Assembly: GCF_009914755.1 (NCBI RefSeq)
Contig: NC_060930.1
DNA: 64,000 nt
From: the human T2T-CHM13v2.0 reference genome, Homo sapiens
Strand: one strand, 5' to 3'
Part shown: one piece after another, positions 1 through 14,174 of the stretch
Numbering within the stretch: the stretch's first letter is position 1
Layout: each line of letters begins with the position of its first letter
Made by a program: the position numbers and the translations under genes
The notes under the pieces: generated by a model
Database searches by the model: none
Told to the model about the DNA's origin: nothing
Seen by the model: the letters and a program-made list of their open reading frames with translations, nothing else

Positions 1-1332
1 GGGTCCGGAAGAGATTGTACAATAGTTGGATTTGGGTGAGACCCTCTGATGGAGGGAGCGTTTCTAAACTATCTCTGGCTTCCCTTGCTATTGTTGTAGT
101 GAAACATTGAAATCCCAGAGAATAGGACTGATTGACTTCCAAAAATAAAATCCCCTTTTTGTTTAAATGCCAATTTAGTTGGATAAAGAACAGGGACCCC
201 AAAAGAACATGGGGATTTAATGGCTGTCCTTCCTTTAATGGAGATAACACTGAGGTTAGAATTTGTTTCTCAAGGGGAGCTTCCTCCCAACTGTTGAAAG
301 TGGAGTTTTTCTGCTTACAAATAGGGTATGGGGCCTGATCACTAAGAAGGGGACATAAGAGGGAAAGGAATTGGGGAACTAGAGGTTTGGGGTGAAGGGC
401 CAACAGGCTCTTCATGGGGAAAAATCCGACCTCACTAGGTGTCACTGTAGGATTTGAAATGTTAGGTAAAAATTCAGTCTCTAAATTATTGCCAGGCTGA
501 GGTTAGAAAGAAAGATGTGGGCTTGGTGGGCTGTTCTAACAATATGCCTCCTAGTAGGAAAAAATTAACTTGTCTCATAGAGGAACTGCTTAAATTCACT
601 GGGCAGTGATGAGCTCTTACATGGAAAAAAAAATCAAGTGGAGGAGGGTATTCACTCAAAGTGAAACATCCTTTTACACTGTGCAATGAATGTCTATCAC
701 TGGGGGACAAAAAGGCCCTTACTAGGTGAAAGTTTAGACTGAAATCTTGAAATCCCCCTATTTCAAGGAAATCACGGAAGCAGCAATTTTTTGAGTTACA
801 TTTCTGGTTTCTAAGGCACTTGCTAACTTTACCCAACAAGATTATCTCCCTGGGCTGTAAAAACACCCACAACATTGCATGCAAAGAAGGGGTATAAAAC
901 ATGGTAGCCATGAAAAGAAAGAAAGAAAATGTGATAGAAAAGTCTAGAAGTCCTGGCGTCAACATATTGATGAACTGTTGGGGGCTGGAGTTAGTCCAGT
1001 GGCCTTCAGGTAACACTGAGGTGTAGCCTTCAGCTAGATGCCTTCAGTTGCCCCAGGACCTCCTTCCAGCCCCACATGATGGCTAGGTCCTCCATGAAAG
1101 GAAACTGGTTTAGAATAGAACTGACATTCCCTCCACATGAGGGCCATGGGGGATTCACAAAGTCCTCTCATGGAAAGGCTGGGAGCCATGCTATTTGTCT
1201 TTAACTGGCTGACAGTGGTCCAGTGTTTCAATTTAAAAAATTGAGGGCGAGAAGCCTCAGAAATAAAAGTAAAGGGTTGGAGGTCTGCTCCTACTCACAC
1301 TTCTGATGTTTCCTTTCCTGGCCAAAGCATCA
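1..1332 (-). mobile_element. Class I ERV (ERV1) internal leader/pre-gag region running off the left edge; possibly LTR25-int/HERVG25-like (family is a guess)
   Basis: tRNA-Gly-complementary PBS at 1315-1332 and a splice-donor-like GTGAGTAG (minus of 1291-1298) just downstream of it; GC-richer than the flank and similar to ERV1 pre-gag leaders. Confidence 0.7.
1315..1332 (-). promoter_or_regulatory. Retroviral primer-binding site, tRNA-Gly
   Basis: TTCCTGGCCAAAGCATCA matches the tRNA-Gly 3' end TTCCCGGCCAATGCACCA at 15/18. Confidence 0.7.
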
Positions 1333-1419
1333 ATATTAAACTTAAAATTTTAAGTGACAAGATTTACTTTTTTGTTACTAATTTAACAAACAGTATTTTT
1401 GCTAGTATCTACATTCCAA

Positions 1420-1700
1420 GAAGCTTTATTCAGCAGTTAGATGCCACCTCGTCTAAGAGTCCACCATATACTCATTACACTGTTCCTGGTTTCTCTTATT
1501 TGATGTTTCTACAATATCACATGCATTTCTCTGCACTTGTATTTAACACACATTCTGTTTATGTGTTTTTCCTTTAGATATGATCCCCTTAAGTGCAAGG
1601 CCTTTCTCATTTATCTTCAAAACTCTTTCACCAAGCCATAGTGTTTGGTACACATTACATACAAGACAAAACAAGAAATGATTAATTGAATGAATTAATA
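1420..1700 (+). mobile_element. L2 3' end fragment
   Basis: Degenerate L2 tail ending in TTGAATGAAT. Confidence 0.5.
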
Positions 1701-1875
1701 ATACATAGATAGTCTACTGTCTAAAGTAAAGGCAGTATTATTGCTATTAATTTTTACTCATTCTTCTCCTTTCCTTATTGAATCCACTCATGACAATTCT
1801 AAGTGAGAATATTTTTAAACCTAAATAAAATATATTTGAATCCTTATCAAAAACTTGTTCATCATAATTTGTTTC

Positions 1876-2097
1876 CAATGGTGTGCTCATAAATCTTTAT
1901 GAGCCAGCTCTCCCGAGTAACAAAAATAAAATAAAATATAAAAGACTTGCTGCGTAGCATTTGTCTGATTTCTGTGATGTAATGCTCCCAATATGGCTGA
2001 ATTCATGCTACCAACACAATGTCACTGACACAGAGTTGGGAAAAGATATGCACAACTGGGCTTCCTGAGTTAAGAAAAACAGTCTCCAGGACACCCC
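1876..2097 (-). mobile_element. MER63 (hAT-Blackjack) DNA transposon
   Basis: CAATGGTGTGCT terminal motif; core GCTACCAAC...GTCACTGA...GAGTTGGGAAAAGATATGCACAA. Confidence 0.65.
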
Positions 2098-3188
2098 TTG
2101 CTGCTTCTATGCCATGTCCTGCATTACTCATTTCAGTTGGCTTTGCTGAATTGGCTTCCACTACAGATTTTCAGTTGCTCCTTTTAAGGACTGACTTGTA
2201 CGTGGAGAGGTAATAAATCAAGGACATTAGAGCAGTAGACTTTCAGGTTTTTTTAAAATGTTATTCTTAAATACATTTCTTAAATCCTTAAGATCACCAA
2301 TAAACCACAAGGAAAATTATATGAGCTCTTTTTCAGAAAGCATATTTAAAACTCATATAAAAGCATGAGAAATACAAGATGGATACATTTGAATCTATTA
2401 TGATTTGTGTTGAGGAAGGTTGTATTATAATTAATAATTTCATCATTTTAGGAGGGGGAAAATAGTAGACCATCATCCTTTAAAAATTCTTTATTATTTT
2501 ATGTTAACAACTTCCTTCTTCATTTTTCAATTAATTTAAGTCTGGCTTGTCTCTGATAGTAAAAACCAGAACTTTAAACATTTGAGGTAAACCACATGTT
2601 TACCTATTAATGCATTTTAGGTATCTTGGTTTCTGGCTTACAGTTATTAGAATCAAATGTGAAAAGACCAGCTCAGCTTATCGTTAAACACCCTATCAAC
2701 TGAAGCTTGGAAAAAAATCAAGAGTAATGAGAGTTATTTAACCCATATACTGAGTTCTGGAGATTCACTGGGTTTTTTTTTTTTTTTACCATAATTTACA
2801 AATTCTAAAATATTTTATTAGTAATCAAGTCCTCTGATTAGTTTAAATCATGATAGTGGCAAAAGTACAAGAGAGAAAAGAGAGTTCAGACAGACACTTG
2901 AAGATGTTTTCCATATTCTCAAAAAGTTTTTGAAGATATTCTTTAAAACCTTGAAACATAGAAAAGTTTTAATAGTCAAAATTAAGCTCATTAGTGGCAA
3001 TGGGCTTCTAATTTCATGTGTACAAGTAACTGATAGAATTCAGTGAACAGAATCATTTTCTTCCAAGAGTTCAAAATTGGATATTTTCAAAAACAGAGTA
3101 TTTCATTAAATTCTGGTATACATGTGAAGTTCAGAAGTCAAACCTCCTCTATCAAAGGAGTAAACAGAAACAAAGATCCTTGAGCATA

Positions 3189-3666
3189 TGTTTCAGTCTG
3201 TTCAGGCTGCTACTAAAAAATACCTTAGTGAACCCAGGAGGCGGAGCTTGCAGTGAGCCGAGATCGTGCCACTGCACTCCAGCCTGGGCGACAGAGAGAG
3301 ACTCCGTCTCAAAAAAAAAAAAAAAAAAAGAAAAAAATACCTTAGACTGGGTAGCTTATAAACAATAGAAATGTATTGCTGACAGTTTCTGGAGACAGGA
3401 ACATCCAAGACCAAATTGTCAGCCGATTTGTTATCTGTTGAGGGCCTTCTGCTTAAAAGATGGTGCCTTCTAGCTGCATCTTCACGTGGGAGAAGAGATA
3501 AATAAGCTTCCTCAGGCCTCTTTATGGGGGTACTAATCCTATTCATAAGGGCAGAGCTCTCATGAACCAATCATCTCCTAAAGGTTCCAATTCTTAACAC
3601 TATTGTATTGAAGATTATATTCCAAAATATGAATTGTGGGGAATACACAAACATTCAGACCATAGC
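3189..3666 (-). mobile_element. MLT1A-type MaLR LTR interrupted by an Alu
   Basis: Ends ACACAAACATTCAGACCATAGC, the reverse complement of the MLT1A start; typical GCTTATAAACAATAGAAAT segment. Confidence 0.8.
3229..3331 (+). mobile_element. Heavily 5'-truncated AluY with poly(A) and TSD
   Basis: GGCGGAGCTTGCAGTGAGCCGAGATCG (Y-type); perfect 14-bp TSD AAAAAATACCTTAG at 3215-3228 and 3332-3345. Confidence 0.9.
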
Positions 3667-4589
3667 GGCATGGAATATCACAGTTCTAATTCCAAAGGCA
3701 GGCTGCTATGGTTTTCAAATTGTGCATACATTAAAATGAAACATTATGTTTTTTAATCTATTTGTATCAGATTATACAAAATAATAAGTTTTTAATATCA
3801 AGTGAAATGTAAACAATAATCAGAACATCCTGAGGCCCTTAAATGCAAGCCAACAGCCATGTTTACTTTTGTAGGATGACAAATCATCAGGAGAGATTAA
3901 TTATATCAATACATCTGTTTATCAAACTTTATTGAGGCAGAACATTGTGTAACATATTTATGCAATTGTATAGCCATATATAAATTTATATGAATATGTA
4001 TATATAAATGATGTAAGGAAAAATTCACTGGAAATTATTTTTTATCACATGATAAATATCACTCATTTTTATTTTATTTATTAAAATATATTTAAACAGT
4101 TCTAGGGTTTGCCAATTTGCGCCAGTTGAAATACTAAAAGCATATATTTCATTTGCCTCACTTTCAAGACCAAAATTATTTCTTCATAATGTTGCTGTGC
4201 CATATAAGTGGTGGTTAACATGTGGAAACCTTTTGAATCACTTGTTTTAATGCGAATCTGGTTTTTAATTAATTGTAAAAGATTATCTGGCTTTTTTTAA
4301 TCCTAATGTGTCTAGACTTTAGCATTCCTTATTAAGCATTCCCAAACTTGTACATATAATTGGTTAACTAAATGACAGTGTGTTCAGTTAAAATGATACA
4401 GAGCTGTTTTAATACATTTTAGGTAATAAACATAACAGAACTAAGGGGAAAAGTTGCTGAAAGTTATTGGGCAAAAATTTACCAATCAAATTTTTTCCTA
4501 AATAAATAATGTGTGTATTGCTGCTTTGCAAAACTAATGCACCTTCTGAATTATGAAATATATAATTTTACTGAGAGAAAAATGAATAG

Positions 4590-4850
4590 CTGATAACACT
4601 GCTAAGGTTTATTGACTGATTTTCATGTGCCAAGATGCACTTTGCTAAGCACTTTACATGAATTATAATATCTTGGGTAGTTCTCTCAAAAACTTTTACA
4701 AAATAGGTATTGATATTATTTATAATTACATTTTAAGAATTTGAAGCACCAGAGGAGTTAAGTAACTTGTCAGAAGTCATAAAGCTGGAAAAGTCTTGGG
4801 TGATAAATAAAACCCAGGTCTGAGATTTCAAAAATCTAGGTTCCAGAACA
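4590..4850 (-). mobile_element. MIR SINE
   Basis: TGCTAAGCACTTTACATG and GTTAAGTAACTTGTC core. Confidence 0.65.
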
Positions 4851-4911
4851 ACACTGCTCCTCAGTGATATTTTAGTCACAATTTAAGCATACATCTTTAA
4901 ATGCTAAAGTT

Positions 4912-5125
4912 TAGGGGTCAGCAAACTGGCCTATGCTTCAAATACAGCCTGTTGCTTGTTTTGGAAGTTAACACTTCATGGAAACACAGTTCCACCTATT
5001 GGTTTACATGTGCCTAAGGTTGTTTCATTACAACATAGTTGAGTAATTGTACCTGAGACCACATGGCTCACAAAGCCTAAATATTCACTATTTGATCCTT
5101 TACAAGAACAGTTTGCTGATCTGTG
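4912..5125 (-). mobile_element. MER58A (hAT-Charlie)
   Basis: Terminal inverted repeats AGGGGTCAGCAAACT and AGTTTGCTGATC; AAAGCCTAAATATT internal motif. Confidence 0.75.
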
Positions 5126-6558
5126 CTTTAGACTTTTAATTTGAAATTTGAAATCCATGTCATGTTCTCAGATATTTACTACACTTTCTGTTTCTATCAA
5201 TTTGGAAATATTTAATATGGTTGGAGTAATAATTACATATTTAACAAATACATCAAAATTATTTGATAGAAGCCTAAGTCCTAAATCTTGCTCTAAAGAG
5301 AAACAAATGACAAATGTAAGTTGTCACCACTTATCACAAAATTAGGATCTTTTTCTATAAATTCTATTGTAAAAATTGCAGTTTCATATAAATGAATTAT
5401 GTATTGTTATTATGGTTCAACCTAAGAATTTTTCTAGCCTAAAAGTATGCATATTACGACCAAAACATAGTTAGTAAATGCCATAAAATAACATATAACT
5501 CTAATGAAATCAAAATATAAAATATCATTAGCTTTGTTAAAAGAGTATAAAATAAACTGTTAACATGGACAAATTATATTAACTTAGTTACTTAATTATT
5601 AGAAATAATATGAGAAATAGCATTAGTTACTTGAGAAATAGTGGGCCATCTATTATGTTTATTACAAAAGATGCAGCTTTCCAATCATTTTGCGTATTTA
5701 TATATTCAAAATTAAATATATGTTTCTCAGCAGATTCCTTTGCAATAGGTGTCATAGAGACATTTAAACACAATGCAATCTAAAGGACTATGTCCCAGAA
5801 AGTAGCTGGGGGCCTGGTCCCATTTTATACCATGGCTTTTTTTTTGGTGAATTCATCATAATCTAAGTACCTGGTCATTCCATTTCTAAAGCTGATTTGA
5901 TATTCCACTGGTATGTGCCTTCCTTACGATTAGCACACATTCATAGAAATGTATGCATGAAATTATATTGTTATTTTATTTATGCTTAGTAAAGAAATAA
6001 TTGCTGAATGGATGAGGTTCTGATTCATCTTCTCTAATAGTTTACAAAACTATACTGTGGCATTACAATCTCCTGTAGCAGATCTTCATAGTACAGACCA
6101 CGTTGTTTTCCATTCCTGTTGGACATGTGGTATCCTTTTATTCATTTTTTTCAAGGGCTTATACAAATATTAAAGTTACTTGAGGGCACATTTGAGGTGG
6201 CTTGATTCCTCCAAGCAAGTATATTAGAAGGTTAGACCTTTAACAGATCTCCTCTCATAACACAATTCCACATAATTCTTCACATTATGTAAGAGAGGGA
6301 AGGAAAATACTTGTTAGCATGTTTCCTTTAAGATGACTGACTAGAAGAATGTATTTTAAAATATTAATAAATAATTGAGTCTTCCTAGGTTCTACCACAC
6401 TCTGACCAGCGGAGTGATTTTGAAGTGATAAGCAAAGAGGGACACAGTTTACCCTTCCCTTTAACCAAACTTATCTAATGGTATCCATCTCTTCTTACCA
6501 CTTGAAGATATCCCCCTACTCAAATAGTAAAATAGGTTGGCTAAACAGAACCAAGAAC

Positions 6559-6562
<4 letters not shown>

Positions 6563-6589
<27 letters not shown>

Positions 6590-6868
6590 TTCTGAGACGA
6601 AGTCTTTCTCTGTTGCCCAGGCTGGAGTGCAGTGATGTGACCTCGGCTCCTGCAACCTCCACCTCCCAGGTTCCAGCTATTCTCCTGCCTCAGCCTCCTG
6701 AGTAGCTGGGACTACAGGCACCCGCCACCATGCCTGGATAACTTTTGTATTTTTAGTAGAGATGGGGTTTCGCCATGTTGGTCAGCCTGGTCTTGAAATC
6801 CTGACCTCAAGCAATCCACCCCACTTGGCCTCCCAAAGTGCTGGGATTACAGGCCACTGCACCCGGCC
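6563..6868 (-). mobile_element. AluS with (TTA)n tail
   Basis: Full dimer; TSD CC(A/G)AGAACCATT at 6551-6562 and 6869-6880. Confidence 0.95.
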
Positions 6869-7059
6869 CCGAGAACCATTTTAATTTAGGAAGAATAAGT
6901 TTTCCTCTAGACAGACTGAATTTTAGATCCCATTATCGTTTAATTTAAGTTTCTTAGGTGCAATTCTGTGATTTCTGCATTTAGTACCTTAATATTCACA
7001 CCATCAATCACTTATGAACCCTATACACTCTGCATCTACCTCACTATTTTACTGATTTA

Positions 7060-7383
<324 letters not shown>

Positions 7384-7999
7384 ATCACTGTCAAATCTAA
7401 AAGCTACTTCTTAGTCATCATTCAACTTGATTTATCAGTATTTAATATTTTAATCATTTTTTAAAAACTTTGATTTTTCCTGGTTTCCCTGTTTTCCTAA
7501 TTTTACTAATTCTTATCTCTTTCTTCATTCTTATTTCTTTGTCTTTCTAAGTAAAATTTGTATATTAATTCTACATTTCTCTTAAATAGTCATCCTCCCT
7601 GTTATGCATATATCAGAGAATTGAACTTTTTTGTCCTGCGTGTTGTGTTTTTGTGTTGAGCTTGTGAAATATAGGAATCAGATGAGGAACTTACTCATCT
7701 CACTCTTCCTGGCAATTAACAGGTAAGGTGCTGAAGGCAAACAAAGTAAAATCCTCTGGATCCCAACTGAACACCCACATTATAGCACCTTTGGCACAAG
7801 CAATAGACTAGTCTTGCTTTCATGAATGGTGGGTATGTAACATAATATGACTCAGCTCCAAAGACCTCCTAATCACTCACGGTGATCCTTCACTATATCT
7901 ACTTACCCAAATATTCTAAGAAAATGATCTTCTTTACTGTGGCCCAACTTCCCTAAGGTTGTCTGGTTTCTCATCTCCCTAGTCATCTGTAGATAGCAT

Positions 8000-8747
8000 T
8001 GAAATGAGAGTTGCATGACCCTTCGCAGGACCTGCAACAGGGGTGTGGCTCATCTGTTGGGCCACTGCACCTTCTCACACCATTTACCGGAGGGGAAGCA
8101 TCCAGACGGGCAGGTACAGGAGCCGGGGCCAGTACCTTGGGGCTCTGGCCCCATGGTAGTGTCTAGGGGTGGGTGCTGTGACTTACAAAGCCCAAGTGGG
8201 TGTGCGTTACAGTGCACTCTTTTAGCTTTGCCATCTGCAGATGGCTTAAGTGTTAACCAGCTCAGTGTCCTCTTGGTACCCAAATCCTCGTCTTGCATCC
8301 AGGAAGAATCGGGTTGCACATGGACTTCAAGGATGAAAGCAGGGTTTTTATTAAGTGGTGGAGGTGGCTCTCAACAGAATGGATGGAGAGCTGGAAGTGG
8401 GATGGAGTGGGAAGACGATCTTCCCCTGGAATTTGGCCGTCCAGTGTCTGATCTCCTCTCCAATTGCCCCAGCTGAACTCTCTGAGTTCAGACATTCCTC
8501 TTCTCTCCTTCTCTGCTGCACCATTCTGCCATTCTTCTGCTCCTCTGGTCATTTCCTGGTCTGCCTCTGGAGCCTGGGGTCTGGGGCCTACATGGGTACA
8601 GGTTAGAGGGGCATAGCAGGCCAAAAGAGTGTGAAAACAGGCATGCCTGTTCCCATATAGGGCTGTGGTTTCCAGGCTTGAGGATGGGGCCTTTGCCAGG
8701 GAACCGCCCTCTTCTACCCAGTATTTCCATGTCTCCTGTCTGTATCA
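8000..8747 (-). mobile_element. Solo LTR1-family LTR (ERV1, HUERS-P type)
   Basis: Minus strand starts TGATACAGACAGGAGACATGGAAATACTGGGTAGAAGAGGGCGG and ends TTTCA; 4-bp TSD GCAT at 7996-7999 and 8748-8751. Confidence 0.8.
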
Positions 8748-8899
8748 GCATCTCCTGATTTCTTCCCATGTTCAGGAACACAAGCTCTCCTTTCTATAAG
8801 AGCAGAAAATACTTACATCATCTTCCTAGAATTTTGTTCTATTCTTTCTGAAGTAAAAGAAGGGAAAAATGAAACAAAATTGTGTTTTCCTATCCCAAT

Positions 8900-9060
8900 A
8901 TTTTAGATGTTTATACTTCTTACCAGATCACATTTACTTTTATATCAAACTAGCGAAGTAGGTATTTTTTCCCTACTTTACATCATAGGACATCTAAGTA
9001 ACGTGTTTAATGTTACACAGCTATTAAAGATTGAGCAAATGAAGTTCAGATGTGACTTAT
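8900..9060 (-). mobile_element. MIR fragment
   Basis: GAAGTAGGTATT...TAAGTAAC...GTTACACAGCT. Confidence 0.5.
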
Positions 9061-9539
9061 TGCTAATTATATACTTGTAGACATTACTGATTGTAACCAT
9101 ATATTTTGACAAATAAACAGTATGGAGGCATAAGACATGAAATAATAAATGTTACAGGAAAGATTGTTTTTGTTTTGTTTTTTAATATACAGAATTGACT
9201 TCTCTAGCATGATGAGACCACGCTTGTGCTCTCGATGAGGAAAAAAAAAATAGGCACAATGCAGTGTCACTTGGGTAGCTGTTACTTATATAGATGTGGT
9301 GGACACTTCATAGAAATGATTTTGAGTCAGTGTTGACTCACAGCATTAAAAAAAATTTATGCAATACCTAATTATTTTAATCTGATCCTTTAAAATAGCT
9401 TGAAGGATGTTATTTCCATAAAGCGAAATTCACTTTTAAACTGACAATAAGCATGAATCATTTCATTTCACCAGTTAGTTTAGTAACAAGCTACTGAAAA
9501 TAGAAGCTTTGAAGTAGTCTTTCAATCATTTCTGTCTGA

Positions 9540-9855
<316 letters not shown>

Positions 9856-11119
9856 GATGCATTCTAAAACGAATGAGCAATCATAAGTCCTGGTGTAAAT
9901 TGCTGCAAAATGAACAAATGAGTAAACAGCAAATGCAGAATCACCCTTTTTTTTCTGTGAGATCCTTTTCAACAAGACAGTGACTCAAGAATCTGCCTGC
10001 TTAAAAATTCACCAGAACTACTTGAGGAAATAAGTAGCAATTTTCCTCCCTTAATCTAATCAACTGGATTTTTATTTGTGGTTTGCAAGCCATGTTTCAA
10101 ATGCATGGTCTTTGTACTACATTTTTAAAAAGTTATCTGGAAGCCTTCTATCCAATTATGATACATTCTTTTTTTCTTTAAGGATGTAGCTATGAATAAA
10201 ACATTTTAGCTTTTTCCTTTGGCTGATGTCAGAAAAGCATTCACAAAAGAGATGACAGCAAAACAGAATTTTGAAAGATGAATTGCAGTCAAATACAATT
10301 TTCACTGTAAGGTGGGTGTGACTTGGGAAATAGATGTTTTCAGGAATAACGTAATCAGTTAACCCAAGATCCTCCCCACAGCCACCATTCAAAAGGACTT
10401 GCTGGCAGTGTGCAAGCCTGATTCTACATCAGCCACTAGGCAGAGCTAATCAATATCTCCTAACCTCTATTTACAGAGTAGCTGAGTGTTTAATAGGCTT
10501 TGGAGGGAAAGAGAGAATATGAGAGAAGGAATCAGGAGTTTTTGAGTAAAGTATCAAAACACAGTAAAACTGATTTTATATGCTATTTTTCTCATCAAGA
10601 ATCTCTATTAATTAGCTTTTTAATGTTTTTCAAAGAATCAATTTATGTTCCTATCAACCTGGAGGCACTTTAAAATACATGTAATGTCAGAGTCATTAAA
10701 AAGAAACTAAACAATGTTCTGTAGAGATTTAACATTAATATGTCTCATTAAATTTTAATAGCCTAAGAACAACTAATCTACTTTTGATAAAATCTATTTT
10801 AGTGTACACAGGGAGAAAACTTCAGTTGTAAGTCTGAGGACTGCTCAAGACCACTTGTCACTCACTGACCAAGTCACAGTTCTTCTGATCCTCAAGTTAC
10901 TTATTTGTAACATAAAGGGCTTACTTTACCTATTTGTTAAATAACTGCTCCATCTTAAAAGAAAAAAAAAAAAAACCCTACAAGTTTCTAAAATTACTTT
11001 ATAGCAATAAAATTTTGCAAAATTACTCCATAAAGTACTGTTTATCAGGACTAGTATTCTCTCTATCATAACTTACTGTTAGGAATTAATGCTGCCCAAA
11101 CAAAGCTGATCTGTAGAAT

Positions 11120-12880
11120 TAACTAGATTATATAAACTACTCTATAAATTTAGTGTGATTTCAGTAAAAATTTGTGTAAGGTTTATGAAATTATGCGAAA
11201 TGCTGATCATAAATTTCATAAAGAGTAAAAGACCAAGAAAAGTGAAGACAATTTTGAGTAACAGCTAATTATTGAGTACTGACTATTTGTTAGCCATAAT
11301 GCTTTACATAAATGAGCACATTTAACTTTTGAATGAATACTATGATATAAAAATCATTAAAACCTTCATTGTGCACAAGAAGAAACTGAGAGTTTAAGTA
11401 ACTTGCCACTGTCATACTGTGAACAGAGGATAGAATTGGGATTTGAATTTGGCTATGCTAGCTGTAAATATTATATATACACCAATATATTATACTGCCC
11501 ATATACTACAGAAAAGCAGACTTTACTTACCAAATAAGTTGAAATTAATATATTATAATTTTGGCACAGGAAAAGGCAAATAGAGAAATGGATGTAAAGA
11601 GATAGCTCAGAAGCAGATCTGTATTGATATAGCAGTTCAGAATATACCAAAGGTGATGGTCTTACAACCACTTACTGAAGAAGTGACAGATTATTCAATA
11701 TATAATCCCCTAAACATTGCCTATTCAAATGAAAAAAAAAAACATAAATGAGTACTTTAGCTTATACGGAAAAATATAACTCAGAATAAATAAATATCTA
11801 ATTTAAAAGAATAGCTATAGACCTCAGAGCAAAAAGCATTTCTTCAGTAATACACCCACGCCAACAACAACAAATAAAAAGTATGATTCATTTTACCACA
11901 TTGATGCTTAATATAGCTGTATAACAAACTGTATATATATATATACTATATATAGTTAAACCATAAATGATACATTGCAAAATTATATTTGCATTGCCTA
12001 TAACTAACCAAGATTTAGTGTCTGAATGCATAAAATGTTGCTATGTCATAACAAAAACAATTAATAAAATAAATCAAGAATTTGGACAAATCACAGAAGG
12101 AAAATCTTAATTGCTAATAAACATTTTACAAACTCAGTATTCCTAGAAATTAAGGAAGTGTTTATTAAAGCAATGAGATATAATTTCATATCTATAAAAT
12201 TGACAAAAATGCAAATAAACATGTATATAATAGTACTTAATGGGCATGGACTTGGAGAAGCAGAACCTTGCCAACACTACCAATAGGCATGTGTACAAGA
12301 ATAACCACTTTCAAGAACAATTTAGCAGTGTCCGCCAGAGATAGGCAACCACATACACTAAGAATTAGCAATTCTTTGTGCATAAATAGCAAGTGAATAA
12401 TTATTTTAATATTAAAAAATGAAACAACTTACATTTTGAGTAATAGAGAAATGAATTAAGTCAATTACACCATATTTTTCTAATATCCAGAAAATTACAT
12501 AATATGAAGTTATTAAAACACTATATCTATAGTATTAACATAGATGAATCTTGAAAAAATAACAGAGTAAAAGCAAATTAAAAAGGAATATGTATAGCAT
12601 AATGTCATTAACATAAATATGAGAAACATACTAATTAATGCTGTGTTTATGAATATGAGATTACAGATATAAATTTGGACATACATGATAAAAAGAGGGC
12701 CTTCAATTTTATTCTAGTATTTTAGTTCTTTTTAGAATAATTTACTTTCTTTTTAAAAATTAATATTGTAAAAGACCAAACCATGTGTTAAATGTGGGTG
12801 GTGGACACAGAGTGTCTACTATGGTATACCTTTGCTGTATCTTTTAAATATTTCACAATTTAAGCAAATTAAAATTTAAA
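11120..12880 (+). mobile_element. Ancient L1ME ORF2/3' fragments with a MIR (about 11260-11460, minus) inside
   Basis: Degenerate ORF2 3' motifs and an L1ME-like tail; MIR core GAAACTGAGAGTTTAAGTAACTTGCC. Confidence 0.55.
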
Positions 12881-13266
12881 TAACTTTAAGTTAAATGGAA
12901 GTAATGTAAATTTTACAGTTTTTGCTTTTCTCTGGTCTATGTGGAAGACTGAAAACAAACTTTTTTTTAATAGCACCATCATTACCTAGAGCATAAGATT
13001 TGATTTTCACAAAGATATTTTGAAATTTACACATCAAAAATTGAAAAATTCAATGTGCCTTCAAAATCTGTAGAATAGAGTATTATGTCTAAGTACATTT
13101 CTTGACTTGGAAATGCAATGTAAAATAAAAGGGTAAAGACATATAATTATCAAGTAGATTTTAACATTTTTTAAAATGCCACATTCTTATTTATATATTT
13201 TAAAGTATATACACTTTGATTTTTTATTTAAAAATGCAATGCCAATATGTTGGCTTAAAAATTGCA

Positions 13267-14030
<764 letters not shown>

Positions 14031-14039
14031 ACAAATATC

Positions 14040-14134
14040 ATTGCCTAATAAAATAAACTGGAGTTGCATGGAAAAATAACTTATTCTAGGACTGATGCAC
14101 AGACAATATAAGCCTAGAGTATCATCTTGTAGTG

Positions 14135-14174
<40 letters not shown>

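Noticed and set aside
486-1016. 176-aa minus-strand ORF in the ERV region
   Set aside because: No Gag, Pol or Env motif recognised; it lies in the leader and uses a non-ATG start.
8015-8781. Cluster of overlapping ORFs of 83-153 aa
   Set aside because: All lie essentially within the GC-rich LTR1, so they are chance open frames.
10210-10310. Exon-like segment (TTTTAG ... GTAAGG) with a protein-looking start
   Set aside because: The frame hits TGA before the donor, and there is no recognisable homology or partner exon.
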